Shown: positions 12,701 through 24,024, numbered from the stretch's first letter. The stretch is 64,000 nt of DNA from Nitrospirota bacterium (GCA_963699545.1 CAVOUE010000003.1:768001-832000), one strand, 5' to 3'. Program-made: numbers and translations. Notes: generated by a model not told the origin, from the letters alone.

Positions 12701-12939
12701 GAGTACATGTAGTCCAGGTTGTCGACGCCGGACATCTGCTGTTCGATCGGGGTGGCCACCGACTGCTCCACGGTAACGGCGTCGGCGCCGGTGTAGGTGG
12801 CGTTCACCTGGATCGCCGGCGGGACGATGTTGGGGAACTGGGCGATGGGGAGTCCCGACATGGCCACCAGGCCGAGGATGACCATGAGGATGGAGATGAC
12901 CATGGCCACTATGGGGCGATTGATGAAGAATTTGGACAT
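9755..12939 (-). CDS. RND efflux permease (HAE1/AcrB-like), multiple frameshifts
   Basis: [64 protein letters not shown]. Confidence 0.93.
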
Positions 12940-12945
12940 GGTTGG

Positions 12946-14154
12946 CTACCTCTTTTCAGCCGGCGCCGGAGTGGCCGGTTTCGTCTCGGGCTTGGCCGCA
13001 GTCCCTGGGCCGCCGGCGCTCCGGGCGTCGAACGGCTTCGGGCTGACCGTCATCCCCGGTTTGACCTTCTGGATCCCCTCGACCACAACCTTTTCACCCG
13101 GCTTCAGCCCCTCGCTGATGATCCAGTCAGAGCCGACCTGCTCCGCCACCTTGACCGGACGCGATATCTACCTTGTTGTCAGCTCCGACCACGGCCACCA
13201 GGTATTTCCCCTGCATTTCGGCCACCGCCCGCTGGGGAATCAGGAAGGCCCCCTTTTTTACTGTCATTATGCGCCCGGACCAGGCCATACCCGCCGGGGC
13301 GCAGCATGTTGTTCGGGATTCGGAAAGAGGGTGCCTACCTTGAGGGTACCGGTGGTGGGGTCGACCTGCCGGTCGGCCAGGGCGAACTTCCCCTTGTGGG
13401 GATAGACGCTGCCGTCAGCCAGGATCAGTTGGAGGGGGATCTCTTCGATGTTCCTGTTCCCCTCACGGGCCTTCAGGTACTCCTGCTCGCTGACGTTGAT
13501 ATAGACCTTGATCGGGTTCACCGTGGAGACAGCAGTCAATTCGGTCTGCATGTTCGGACCGACCAGGTTGCCGAGCTGGGCCTTGGCGATCCCGGCGATG
13601 CCGTCAACGGGTGAGGTGATCTTCGTGAAGCCCAGGTTCAACTGGGCATTTTCGACCGCAGCCTGGGCTGCCTGGACTGAGGACCTGGTGGAAAGTTCTG
13701 CGCCGACGGCATCATCCAGGTCCTTCTGGCTCACCGCGTTCTTCTCCGCCAGAGGTCTGATGCGGGCCAGATTGGCCTTTGCGGTGTCATGGCGCGCCTT
13801 CTGCTGGGATAGTTGGCCCTTGGCCTGGTCAAGGGCTGCCTGGAAGGTCCGGGGATCGATCTCGAAGAGTACCTGTCCTTTCTTGACCAGATCACCCTCC
13901 CGGTAGTTCTGCTTGATGAGGTAACCGGTCACCTGGGGGCGGATGACGGCATTGACGTAGCCGTCAAGCGCTCCAACCCACTCCTTGTAGATCGGCACAT
14001 CCTTCTGAACAACAGTCACTACCTCAACATCAGGGGGCGGCGGCGCCGCCTTCTGTTCCTTCTTGCAGCCAGTGAGGAAGAGGGTTGCGCAGATAACGGT
14101 CACTACGGAAAACGGTGTGAGCAACAATACCTTTACATTGTGTTTCAGTTTCAT
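12946..14154 (-). CDS. RND efflux periplasmic adaptor (MFP), frameshifted near C-terminus
   Basis: Lipobox LTGC, IRPQVTGYL, GQVLFEIDPRTFQA, ITSPVDGIAG, GLKPGEKVVVEGIQKV. Confidence 0.9.
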
Positions 14155-14364
14155 AGAGAGCTCCTCCGTATGAGGTTCAACAGATGTTTCTTAAAAGGAA
14201 AAGTTGATAAACTATACCATGTATTAATCCTGACCACAACAAGAGAGTCTTTTTTCCAGAGACGTTGGCCAAGGATTTAGTCTGCTCTTTCCTTCCCTTG
14301 AGGATGTCTCACATATCCCTGCCCTTCAAGAGGTTGTGTACCTCCCATTTCACTTGCAGGCACT

Positions 14365-14616
14365 TCATACTCTAAATATCCTTTCATGATTATTAGGGAT
14401 GAGGCCCTCCTGCATGAGACCTTCTTCAATTATGGCCAGGAGGGCTTTCCTCTTGTCCACTGTTGCGGGAAATTCTGAGAGGCGCAGCCGGATCTTGTCA
14501 GCATACAGTTCGGCAGTCCCTAAGGCATCATCCAGCAGGACACCTTCTGGTAACAAGCCATGGGCTTCAAGCACTGTCTTTATGTCATTGTCATCAAGTT
14601 TCCACTCATTGTCCAT
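14365..14616 (-). CDS. Hypothetical protein (83 aa)
   Basis: ATG preceded by AGGAGGAG RBS; no recognised family. Confidence 0.55.
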   Translation of the reverse strand: MDNEWKLDDNDIKTVLEAHGLLPEGVLLDDALGTAELYADKIRLRLSEFPATVDKRKALLAIIEEGLMQEGLIPNNHERIFRV

Positions 14617-14678
14617 TATTGCTCCTCCTAAATAATTAAAATTATGTGGGCAAACGTTACCCGAATAATTCTACCACC

Positions 14679-16289
14679 TTAACCTCCGACCAATGCAGCG
14701 GCGATCTGAACGAACAGAATCTTCAGAATGGTCATGGATGGAAAGATCATCGCGTAGCCGACATCGGGCCGGTCGGTCGGCGCAGTGCGGCTGGCAAAGG
14801 CAAGGATGGCCGGGTTGCCGGTGGCGCCGCAGATCACCCCCAGCGCAGTATCGAACGGGAGGCGGAACACCCAGAGACAGATGAACGCGGTGATCAGGAC
14901 CAACGCCAGCGCGATGCTGGCACCGTAAAGCAGAAAGGTGACGCCCGTTGTACCGACGGTGGCAAAGAACTTGGGTCCGGAGGCAATGCCGACTTGGGCC
15001 AGGAAAATGGTCAGCCCGAAATTTCTCAGCACGAGGTTGGCTGATAGGGGCATGGTCCAGACGAAGGGGCCTGTGCGCCTGACCTTTCCGAGGAACAGCG
15101 CGAGAAGAAGCAGGCCTGCCAGGCCGAGCGTAAGCTTGCCCAGGCCGGGAACAGGGAGAGGGATCATCCCGACAAGCAGCCCGAGCGCGGCGCCGATGCC
15201 GATCGAGATGTAGCTGAAATCGGCGGTCCCCTTGATCGAGTCGCCGAAGAAGGCGCGAACCTGCTTGATCTTGGAGCGGTGAACCAGCACTCCGACCCGG
15301 TCGCCGATCTCCAGGATCAGGTCCGGGCTGGGCATCAGATCGCTGTCGCCGCGCCGGACCTGGACGATGGAGCACGCTACGTCTGCCGGGAATTCGAGAT
15401 CGCCGATGGTGCGCCCGACGACGCTGCGTTTTGAAGCGAAAACCCGGATGTAGTCCAGATCCTGGCGGTCGCTGGCGATGGTCCCGGGCCGGAGTTCGCC
15501 AAGCAGGGCGATGGCCTGTTGAAGCGCCGTCTGGTCAGTGGCCGTTGCGAGCAACGCATCCTCCTGGGTCAGTACAAGGCTGTCTGAGGGCAGACGATTC
15601 TGCCCCTTCCTGCGCACCGCAGCGATGGTGACACCGGCCGGCAGTTTAGCGACGAGTTCCGGAAAGCGCACGCCAAAGAAGGCCGGATTGTGCAGCGCGA
15701 TTTCCGCAGTCTCGATCTGCTGCACCGCCGGCTGTTCGATCTTTGGCATGAGCCATGCGTTGAGCGCGTAAATGCACAGGATGGGTCCGGCGACACCGAA
15801 GGGATAGGCGACGCTGTAGCCGACCGCGGCGCCGTCGTTCTTAAGCGCGGCAATGATAGCCTGCAGCGTGGCGGTGCTGGTTCCAGACCCGGCAAAGAGG
15901 CCGAGCGTTTCGTCGATCTGAACGCCGGCCAGGGGCATAAGTGCCAGGGACACGCAACCGGCGATAATGACTCCGAGGGCAGCTGCAGCGTTGGCCTTGA
16001 GGCCCTCGGTGCTGGTCAGGCCCCGGAAGAACTGGGCGCCGTACTGGATGCCGACGCCATACAGGAAAAGGAGCAGGCCGAGAGTACCAAGAAGTGCCGG
16101 TGGCGCGGCCTTTGGCGCGAACCCGCCAATTGCAAGACCGACGAAGAGCACGGCTCCCGAACCGAGGGAAAAACCCTTGATGTTGATCTCACCGACCAGA
16201 TACCCCAGGGCAACCGTCAGAAACAGAGTAAAGAGTGGTTGAGTCTCGAGCAACATCTTTATTCCGTCCATGAAACCTTCCTCCGACAT
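14679..16289 (-). CDS. AspT/YidE/YbjL-family antiporter with TrkA-C domains
   Basis: LGSGAVLFVGL, FAGSGTSTATL, GYSVAYPFG, central RCK_C repeats, CGATGNPAIL. Confidence 0.88.
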   Translation of the reverse strand: MSEEGFMDGIKMLLETQPLFTLFLTVALGYLVGEINIKGFSLGSGAVLFVGLAIGGFAPKAAPPALLGTLGLLLFLYGVGIQYGAQFFRGLTSTEGLKANAAAALGVIIAGCVSLALMPLAGVQIDETLGLFAGSGTSTATLQAIIAALKNDGAAVGYSVAYPFGVAGPILCIYALNAWLMPKIEQPAVQQIETAEIALHNPAFFGVRFPELVAKLPAGVTIAAVRRKGQNRLPSDSLVLTQEDALLATATDQTALQQAIALLGELRPGTIASDRQDLDYIRVFASKRSVVGRTIGDLEFPADVACSIVQVRRGDSDLMPSPDLILEIGDRVGVLVHRSKIKQVRAFFGDSIKGTADFSYISIGIGAALGLLVGMIPLPVPGLGKLTLGLAGLLLLALFLGKVRRTGPFVWTMPLSANLVLRNFGLTIFLAQVGIASGPKFFATVGTTGVTFLLYGASIALALVLITAFICLWVFRLPFDTALGVICGATGNPAILAFASRTAPTDRPDVGYAMIFPSMTILKILFVQIAAALVGG

Positions 16290-16338
16290 ATGACAGCTAA
16301 CGACAAACTTCCAGAAACGTGCCCCTCAGCATAAAATC

Positions 16339-16423
16339 AGTATACAAGGGGGAAAAAACTTGTCAAGACAAGAGCCTGTATTTGTCTGTGCGTGTTGACA
16401 ATGGGCAGGACTTAAACTATAAG
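16339..16423. promoter_or_regulatory. Divergent sigma70-like promoters
   Basis: Minus: TTGACA-N16-TATACT (16366-16339); plus: TTGACA-N17-TATAAG (16395-16423). Confidence 0.55.
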
Positions 16424-16528
16424 TATTGTGAATGGACCTATAAGCATATTTTGATATTGAACAGTCTGTAAATTCATTCGATACTGTAAGAAAGAAGACC
16501 CATAATAGGTCTTGGAAAGGAGTAAACC

Positions 16529-18862
16529 ATGAAGGATACCTCAAAGGAGATAGCAGAGAGTCAGAGGCTTTCAGCTAAGGTGAGCCAGCTCTTCCAGAAG
16601 CGGATGCAGCTGGCCCAGAAGCGATTCAACGAGAGAGTCCAGGAAGCATACAAAGAACAGATTGCCGACCTTATCGGCAAGCCGGCATCGCCCTGGGAGG
16701 TCTGGACAAACTGGCTGCAGTATTCAACAGACTTTGTGCAGCGCTCGGTCCTGTTCTGGGACACGATGCGTCAGCGGGGCAGTAACTTTGTCCAGCACGA
16801 ACGGGCCGGCAAGCCACCGGTGCTGCATTTTGACTACGAAATCGTGGTTGATGCCCGCACGTTCGAGCGGTCGGTCAATTATGCCCTTGTGCGGATCATC
16901 CCGCCCGCAGGAGTGACCGTTGATCCGAAGCGGCGGCCATACGTCATCATTGACCCGCGTGCCGGCCATGGTCCAGGCATCGGGGGATTCAAGGACGATT
17001 CGCAGGTCGGTGTTGCGCTGAGGGAAGGGCATCCTGTTTACTTTGTCATCTTCTTCCCTGACCCTGAGCCTGGCCAGACGTTGCCTGATGTGTGTGATGC
17101 CGAGAGGCGCTTTGTACGCAAGGTGAGGGAGCTGCATCCGGAGAGCCCCAAACCGGCAATACTCGGCAACTGCCAGGGCGGCTGGGCCGCCATGATGCTC
17201 GCTGCCTCAGACCCTGATGATACCGGCCCGATCGTGATCAACGGGGCGCCCATGTCCTATTGGGGTGGCGCCTGGAAAGAGGGAGAGGGAGACAACCCGA
17301 TGCGCTACGCAGGCGGGATGCTCGGCGGAACCTGGATGGCCTCTCTTGCCGCTGACCTCGGCAATGGCATATTCGACGGCGCGTATCTGGTCGAGAACAT
17401 GGAGAACCTGAACCCGGCGAATACCTTCTGGGACAAATACTATCACGTGTTTGCCAATGTTGACACCGAGCCCCCGCGTTTTCTGGAGTTCGAGCGGTGG
17501 TGGGGAGGCTTCTATCTCCTCAACCGGGAGGAGATAGAGTGGATCGTCCAGGACCTCTTTGTGGGAAACAAGCTATGGACTGGTGAAGTACGAGCAAAGG
17601 GCGGCAAACCCTTTGATCTGCGCGAGATCAAGTCTCCGATCATCCTCTTCGCCTCCATGGGAGATAACATCACGCCGCCCCAACAGGCCTTTAACTGGGT
17701 GGCAGACGTGTACGGCTCCACCGACGAGATAAAGTCCCGTGGCCAGACGATCGTTGGCCTGCTTCACCAGGATATCGGCCATCTCGGCATCTTCGTTTCC
17801 GGGAAGGTGGCGAAAAAAGAGCATGCACAGATCGTGTCGGTGATGAAGTCGGTCGAGGCCCTGCCTCCCGGGCTCTACGGTATGAAAATAATCGAGTCGA
17901 AGGGTGATGACGGCAAGGTCCATTATGAGGTTGAATTCATCGAGTACCGTCTTGAGGATATAGTGGGCCGCCTGAACCGCCTGAAACGTGTCGACGAGAA
18001 GCCTTTTGAGGCGGTGGCGGCGCTTTCTGACTTCAACCAGCGTGCGTATGAACTGTTTGCGCAGCCCCTGGTACAGGCTTTGTCTACCAAGGTGAACGCC
18101 GAGCTGGCCCGTGACTTTCACCCCATGCGCTTCCAGCGTTGGATACTCTCAGACCAGAACCCATGGCTTTGGTGGCTCAAGCCTACCGCAGAACTCGTGA
18201 AGCAACAACGCAAACCGGCAGGTCCTGACCAGCCCCTTCGAAAGGCAGAGCAGATGGTTTCGGCGTTCGTGAGCGCGTCCTTTGATCTCTACCGGGATGT
18301 CCGTGATGCCATAAGCGAGGCACTCTTCTTTGAGGTCTACGGCAACATGTTCTTGTTGTATATTGCAGACAAGGACGAGGCAAAAGCACAAGAACACCTG
18401 CATGTGCAGGACCCGCGGGAACTGCCGTTTGTCCAGGAGGCGCTCGCGTCTATGGCTGAGGGCGGCTATCCCGAGGCTTTGGCCCGCGTGGGCGCACTCC
18501 TTGCGCGTCATGGGCAGCCGATACCGCTGTCTCTCATGGACCTGAAGGAAGAATTCATCGCAGAGTACCGGGACATCCTCCCTGACATTCCGCGCGATCA
18601 GATGCGCCGCATAAGGGGGGAACAAGACATTATCATCCGCTATGAGCCGGGGAAGGCCCTTGAGACCCTTCCTCAGCTTTTGCGCGACCCGGCAGACAGG
18701 GGCAGGCTGCTGACGCTGTTCGACCGTGTGCTCTCCGACGACCGTATCCATCTGGATGGTGTGACGCCGGAACAGCGCACTATGCTCAAGCGGATCCGGG
18801 AGGTCCTTTCTGTCAAGGCTGAGGAGATGCCGCGCCTATTGAATAAGGGGGTGATTTCATGA
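16529..18862 (+). CDS. DUF3141-type alpha/beta-hydrolase-fold protein (PHA-synthase-like)
   Basis: IDPRAGHGPGIGGFK, GNCQGGW lipase-box-like Cys, MGDNITP, GHLGIFVS. Confidence 0.85.
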   Translation: MKDTSKEIAESQRLSAKVSQLFQKRMQLAQKRFNERVQEAYKEQIADLIGKPASPWEVWTNWLQYSTDFVQRSVLFWDTMRQRGSNFVQHERAGKPPVLHFDYEIVVDARTFERSVNYALVRIIPPAGVTVDPKRRPYVIIDPRAGHGPGIGGFKDDSQVGVALREGHPVYFVIFFPDPEPGQTLPDVCDAERRFVRKVRELHPESPKPAILGNCQGGWAAMMLAASDPDDTGPIVINGAPMSYWGGAWKEGEGDNPMRYAGGMLGGTWMASLAADLGNGIFDGAYLVENMENLNPANTFWDKYYHVFANVDTEPPRFLEFERWWGGFYLLNREEIEWIVQDLFVGNKLWTGEVRAKGGKPFDLREIKSPIILFASMGDNITPPQQAFNWVADVYGSTDEIKSRGQTIVGLLHQDIGHLGIFVSGKVAKKEHAQIVSVMKSVEALPPGLYGMKIIESKGDDGKVHYEVEFIEYRLEDIVGRLNRLKRVDEKPFEAVAALSDFNQRAYELFAQPLVQALSTKVNAELARDFHPMRFQRWILSDQNPWLWWLKPTAELVKQQRKPAGPDQPLRKAEQMVSAFVSASFDLYRDVRDAISEALFFEVYGNMFLLYIADKDEAKAQEHLHVQDPRELPFVQEALASMAEGGYPEALARVGALLARHGQPIPLSLMDLKEEFIAEYRDILPDIPRDQMRRIRGEQDIIIRYEPGKALETLPQLLRDPADRGRLLTLFDRVLSDDRIHLDGVTPEQRTMLKRIREVLSVKAEEMPRLLNKGVIS

Positions 18863-20253
18863 GCTCCTTCACGAATGTAATATTTGACGAGATAAAGGTT
18901 GGTCAGTCGCTCACCGTTTCGCGTACCATCTCCCGGACCGATGTCGAGGCCCTGACCCTCGTATCCGGCGATATCGATGAAGCCCATATCGAACAGGAAT
19001 CGGGCCCGGACCATATCCCCTCCGCCGAACCGGTGGCAGCGGAAGCGTTGTTCTCGTACATGCTCAACCGGCGGCTGCCCGGACCGGGAACCATCATACT
19101 CTCTCACAACCTCATCTTCCGCGGACGCGTCGCGATGGGCGATACGCTCGCGGTTACCGTTACCGCGAAGGAGAAGAGACCTGAGGGCAATGAGATCGTG
19201 TTCGACTGTAAATGCACGAGCCAAACAGGAGAAGTGATTGCATCCGGTACAGCTACCGTTGCTGCCCCAGTGAAGCGAATCAGTTACACCGACCTCGCCA
19301 CACCTGAGGTCATCTTCCGCCGGACTGACGTCTTCGCCCGCCTCATAAAAACCTGTGAGGGGATGCCCCCGGTGGTCTGTGCCGTCGTGTACCCCTGCGA
19401 TCACGATTCCCTTCTTGGCCCCCTTGAGGCCGCAAAGCGCAAGTTAATTGACCCGGTGCTGGTCGGGCCTGAGGCGAAGATCCGTGAGGCAGCGAAGGCC
19501 GCGGGTGCGGATATTTCCCGCTGTCGTATCGTGGACACCGAACACAGCCGTGCCGCTGCCGAGAAAGCGGTGGCCATGGTGCGTGCCGGTGAGCTGGAAG
19601 CCCTTATGAAAGGGAGCCTCCATACCGACGAACTGATGGGTGCTGTGGTGCCCTCTGCAACCGGGATTCGCACAGCCCGCCGTATCAGCCACATCTTTGT
19701 CATGGACGTTCCGACCTATCCGCGCGTTCTGCTGGTGACGGATGCCGCCATCAACATCGCACCCGGACTCAAGGAGAAGGTGGACATCGTCCAGAACGCC
19801 ATTGACCTGGCAAAGATCCTGGGGATCGATGAGCCAAAGGTCGCCATACTCTCTGCGGTTGAGACGGTGAACCCTGACATCCCTTCCACCCTCGAAGCCG
19901 CTTCCCTGTGCAAGATGGCCGACCGTAAGCAGATCACCGGCGGCATCCTTGACGGGCCGCTTGCCTTCGACAATGCCGTGAGCGAGCAGGCAGCCAAGAC
20001 AAAGAAGATCGATTCCCCTGTGGCAGGGAGGGCCGACATCCTGCTGGTGCCGGACCTGGAAGCGGGCAACATGCTGGCGAAACAGCTCCAGTATCTCGCG
20101 GGGGCAGACGCGGCAGGTATTGTCCTCGGCACCCGTGTTCCTATTGTGCTCACGAGCCGGGCCGACAGCGTGCGCACCCGACTCGCATCCATTGCGGTAA
20201 TGGCCCTGGTAGCCCATGCGAAGCGTCGTGCGGTGCCAGGCCAGACCATATAA
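18859..20253 (+). CDS. Bifunctional MaoC-type enoyl-CoA hydratase / phosphate acetyl(butyryl)transferase
   Basis: N-terminal hotdog domain (SGD..., LPGPGTI); C-terminal LMKGSLHTD, DGPLAFDNA, PDLEAGNML, LTSRAD. Confidence 0.9.
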   Translation: MSSFTNVIFDEIKVGQSLTVSRTISRTDVEALTLVSGDIDEAHIEQESGPDHIPSAEPVAAEALFSYMLNRRLPGPGTIILSHNLIFRGRVAMGDTLAVTVTAKEKRPEGNEIVFDCKCTSQTGEVIASGTATVAAPVKRISYTDLATPEVIFRRTDVFARLIKTCEGMPPVVCAVVYPCDHDSLLGPLEAAKRKLIDPVLVGPEAKIREAAKAAGADISRCRIVDTEHSRAAAEKAVAMVRAGELEALMKGSLHTDELMGAVVPSATGIRTARRISHIFVMDVPTYPRVLLVTDAAINIAPGLKEKVDIVQNAIDLAKILGIDEPKVAILSAVETVNPDIPSTLEAASLCKMADRKQITGGILDGPLAFDNAVSEQAAKTKKIDSPVAGRADILLVPDLEAGNMLAKQLQYLAGADAAGIVLGTRVPIVLTSRADSVRTRLASIAVMALVAHAKRRAVPGQTI

Positions 20254-20262
20254 GGAGGTCAT

Positions 20263-21441
20263 ATGACAGATGCGATTGCGGTACTTAACGCAGGCTCTTC
20301 AAGCATAAAGTTCTCGCTTTTTGTCCTTCGCGACAATCAGGCGGAGCTCCTTGCCCGCGGCCAGACCGAAGGCATTTACGCGGCTCCGCGTTTTGTGGCA
20401 AAGGACAAAGACGGCAAGGTCATGGATGAAAAGTCATGGCCGGAGGGAACAAAGCTTGGCCATCATGGGGCAATCGACCATCTGTTCTCGCATGTGCGTG
20501 AGAAATTCGCCGACTACTATCTGCTGGGCGTTGGTCATCGTGTGGTGTGCGGAGGTCTTGATTACACCCAGCCGGTACGCGTGAATCCGGAGGTGATGGC
20601 AAAGCTTGAGAAGCTTGTCCCATTGTTCCCGTTGCACCAGCCGCACAACCTGGCACCTATCAAACTTCTTCTGGAGCGTCGGCCGGAGCTGCCCCAGATC
20701 GCCTGTTTCGACACCTCATTCCACCGCACGAATCCTCATATTGCGCAGCTCTATGCGCTCCCCATGGAATACGCAGAGGAAGGGGTGGTGCGCTATGGTT
20801 TTCACGGTCTGTCCTATGAATACATCGCATCGGTGCTGCCGAAGTTCGATCCCGAGGCAGCTTCGGGCAAGACTGTTGTACTACATCTTGGCAATGGTGC
20901 AAGCATGTGCGCATTGGAGAGCTGCAAGAGTGTCACGAGCACCATGGGGTTCAGCGGTGTGGAGGGCTTGCCCATGGGGACGCGAAGCGGCGCTCTTGAC
21001 CCGGGAATCCTCCTGTACCTTATGGATGGACGTGGCATGGACGCACGGGCCATTGAGAAGCTGATCTACACCCAGTCCGGCCTTTTGGGCATCTCGGGCA
21101 TATCGAGCGACATGCGTACGCTCCTTGAAAGCAAGGAGCCAAGGGCCCGGCTGGCCGTTGATCTTTTCCTGTATCGCATCAAGCGGGAGATGGGCTCGCT
21201 CGTCGCGGCCCTTGGCGGAGTCGATGCGATTGTGTTCACAGGCGGGATCGGCGAAAACGCTGCGCCAATCCGCGAGCGCGTCTGCCGCGATGCATCATGG
21301 CTTGGCGTAGAACTTGATGCCGATGCGAATGCACGGGGAGGGCCGGGCATCAACACAGCCAAATCGCGGGTTGCGGCATGGGTAATCCCGACCAACGAAG
21401 AATTGATGATCGCACGCCACACCAGGCGTGCGCTCGGATGA
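20263..21441 (+). CDS. ackA: Acetate/propionate kinase
   Basis: LNAGSSSIKF, GHRVV, FDTSFH, RYGFHGLSY, HLGNGAS, FTGGIGEN, PTNEE. Confidence 0.93.
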   Translation: MTDAIAVLNAGSSSIKFSLFVLRDNQAELLARGQTEGIYAAPRFVAKDKDGKVMDEKSWPEGTKLGHHGAIDHLFSHVREKFADYYLLGVGHRVVCGGLDYTQPVRVNPEVMAKLEKLVPLFPLHQPHNLAPIKLLLERRPELPQIACFDTSFHRTNPHIAQLYALPMEYAEEGVVRYGFHGLSYEYIASVLPKFDPEAASGKTVVLHLGNGASMCALESCKSVTSTMGFSGVEGLPMGTRSGALDPGILLYLMDGRGMDARAIEKLIYTQSGLLGISGISSDMRTLLESKEPRARLAVDLFLYRIKREMGSLVAALGGVDAIVFTGGIGENAAPIRERVCRDASWLGVELDADANARGGPGINTAKSRVAAWVIPTNEELMIARHTRRALG

Positions 21442-21454
21442 AGGAGAATATGCT

Positions 21455-22238
21455 ATGACATCGGAAGTCCCATGCTCTGTTCTCAAGGGTAAGAAAGCTT
21501 TGGTGGCCGGCATCGCGAATGAGCACTCGATCGCGTATGGGTGTGCGAAGGCCTTCAGGCAGTGGGGCGCTGACCTTGCGATAACCTACCTCAACGAAAA
21601 GGCCAAGTCATTTGTCGGGCCGCTGGCAGAGGAGCTTGGGGCGAAGATATTCATGCCCCTCGACGTATCAAAGCCCGGAGAGCTGGAAACCCTGTTCGAA
21701 CGAATCGAAAAGGATTGGGGTCATCTCGACATGCTCGTCCACTCCATGGCGTTTGCCCCAAAGGATGATCTCCAGGGAGGGCTGCTCAACTGCTCTGCCG
21801 AGGGTTTTTCCAAGGCGATGGACATATCCTGCCACTCGTTCATCCGCATGGCACGGCTTGCAAGTCCGCTGATGAAGGACGGCGGAACACTCTTTACCAT
21901 GACCTTTCATGGGGCCCAGAAGATCGTCCCCAACTATAATGTAATGGGGCCGGTAAAGGCGGCCCTCGAGTCGGTCTGCCGCTATCTCGCATATGAACTC
22001 GGGCCGCGGAAGATACGCGTGCATGCGATCTCGCCGGGTCCCCTCAAGACAAGGGCTTCTTCAGGCCTTAAGGACTTCGACCGTTTGGTGGATGAGGCGG
22101 CAGCGCGTGCCCCTCTTGGCGAGCTCGTCGACATCATGGATGTTGGCTATGCCTGCGCCTACCTCGCATCCCCATTTGCTCGCCACCTTACAGGACGAGA
22201 TACTGTACATTGATGGTGGTCTGAGTAGTATGGCCTGA
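21455..22238 (+). CDS. fabI: Enoyl-ACP reductase FabI-like (frameshift in last codons)
   Basis: GIANEHSIAYG, YNVMGPVKAALE, ISPGPLKTRA, YIDGG in shifted frame. Confidence 0.88.
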
Positions 22239-22344
22239 TGGGAAGGTGGTCATTCCGGGACACAGAGGAGCAACGGATGGCTGGACGGCGAATGACCTGG
22301 TGTGTTCACAAAGAGGCAGGGATTCTCATAGGATGAAATTATAG

Positions 22345-22887
22345 ATGATGACGAAAGATGACATCATTAACTACCGGGTGACTGAACAGCTCCGTGACCA
22401 GCGGTCGATCACGGTCCGGGCAATACGGCCTGATGACAAGGGATTGCTCCGCGAGGCCTTCAAAGATTTGGATGAAGAGAGCATCTACACGCGTTTTTTT
22501 GCGTCCAAGAAGGAGTTGACCGAGAAGGAATTGGCATGGGCAACGGAAGTCGATTTTATCCTGAACATTGCTCTTGTCGTCTGCATTGAGGAAGGTGATA
22601 GGGAACGGATCATCGGGGGCGGGCGCTACCTCGGCGCTCCAGGATCGGACCCCCCGACCACCGCAGAGATTGCCTTTTTGGTGGAAGAGGACTATCATGG
22701 TCTTGGAATAGCGTCGATCCTGTTGAAGCACCTGGTGCTGATCGGTCGGGCACAAGGCATTCTCCGTTTTGAGGCGGAGGTGCTTCCCCAGAACAAGGCA
22801 ATGCTCAGAGTATTTCAGCGGAGCGGCCTTTCTGTCACTACGGTGCCGACTGGCGATTTAATGCATGTAACTATTCTTTTGCAGTAA
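22345..22887 (+). CDS. GNAT acetyltransferase (like the GNAT domain of Pat/acetate-CoA ligases)
   Basis: VRAIRPDD, AEIAFLVEEDYHGLGIAS, VLPQNKAML. Confidence 0.85.
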   Translation: MMTKDDIINYRVTEQLRDQRSITVRAIRPDDKGLLREAFKDLDEESIYTRFFASKKELTEKELAWATEVDFILNIALVVCIEEGDRERIIGGGRYLGAPGSDPPTTAEIAFLVEEDYHGLGIASILLKHLVLIGRAQGILRFEAEVLPQNKAMLRVFQRSGLSVTTVPTGDLMHVTILLQ

Positions 22888-22931
22888 AGCGGAATAATAG
22901 AGAGGGAACGTAAGATTTCCGGAGGGACACG

Positions 22932-24024
22932 ATGATGAGCACACAGAACCGGATCAACCAGGATGTTACGCGCACGACGCTTGCAGTAGTATTCATCGGC
23001 ATCCTTATGACCGCAAGCATCTGGATACTGCGGCCCTTCATCACCTCGATCGTCTGGGCCACGATAATCGTTGTGGCAACATGGCCGATCCTGCTCAGGC
23101 TTGAGGCGCGGTTCTCGGGCCGAAGGGGTTTGGCCGTGGCGGTGATGACCGCCGCGATTCTGCTCATTGTCTTCATACCGATGGCGCTTGCCATTCTCAC
23201 CATCCTCGGGAATGCTGAGGACATCGCTGGCCGGATAAAGTCACTTGCCGGGTTGGCCCTGTTACCGCCGCCGGAATGGCTCGAACGCATTCCTCTGGTC
23301 GGTGGAAAACTCTCTGACCGGTTACGCGAATTTGCCGCCCTCAACCCTGAAGAACGTTCGGCCATGGCTGCTCCCTATGCCCGGAAGGCCCTCCAGTGGT
23401 TCCTGGCACAGGCCGGGAGCGTCGCTGCCATGATGCTCCAGTTCCTGTTGACCGTGATCATCTCGGCGGTCATGTATGCCGGAGGCGAGAAGGCTGCTGC
23501 CGGGGTCCTCGCCTTCGCGAGACGCCTCGCGGGAAAGCGGGGAGAAGAGGTAACCGTCCTCGCTGAAAAGGCGGTCAGAAGTGTTGCGCTCGGCATTGTT
23601 CTTACTGCTCTCATACAGACCGCTCTCGGTGGCGCCGGGCTGGTTCATCTCGGGCGTGCCGGCTGCGCTGTTACTGACCGCAGTGGTCTTTATGCTCTGT
23701 CTGGCACAGATTGGCCCGGTACTGGTACTGGTCCCTTCGGTGATATGGCTTTACTGGAAGGGAGACCCTCTCTGGGGTACCGTTCTCCTGATCTTTTCGA
23801 TCGTCGCTGTCACCATCGACAATGTCATCCGTCCCATTCTTATTAAGAGGGGGGCTGACCTGCCGCTGATCATGGTCTTTGCCGGGGTCATTGGTGGCTT
23901 GATCGCCTTTGGGGTCATCGGTCTCTTTATCGGGCCGGTGGTGCTTGCAGTCACCTATACCCTTCTGAAGGCCTGGGTCTCCGGAAGTGATCAGGAGGAT
24001 AGGGCAATCGCTTATGATGAATGA
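22932..24024 (+). CDS. AI-2E family transporter (YdiK-like), frameshift near 23640
   Basis: WATIIVVATWP, IDNVIRPILIKRGADLP, GVIGLFIGPVVLAV. Confidence 0.88.

Noticed and set aside
9864-13614. Long plus-strand ORFs over the RND genes
   Set aside because: Antisense shadows of high-GC coding sequence
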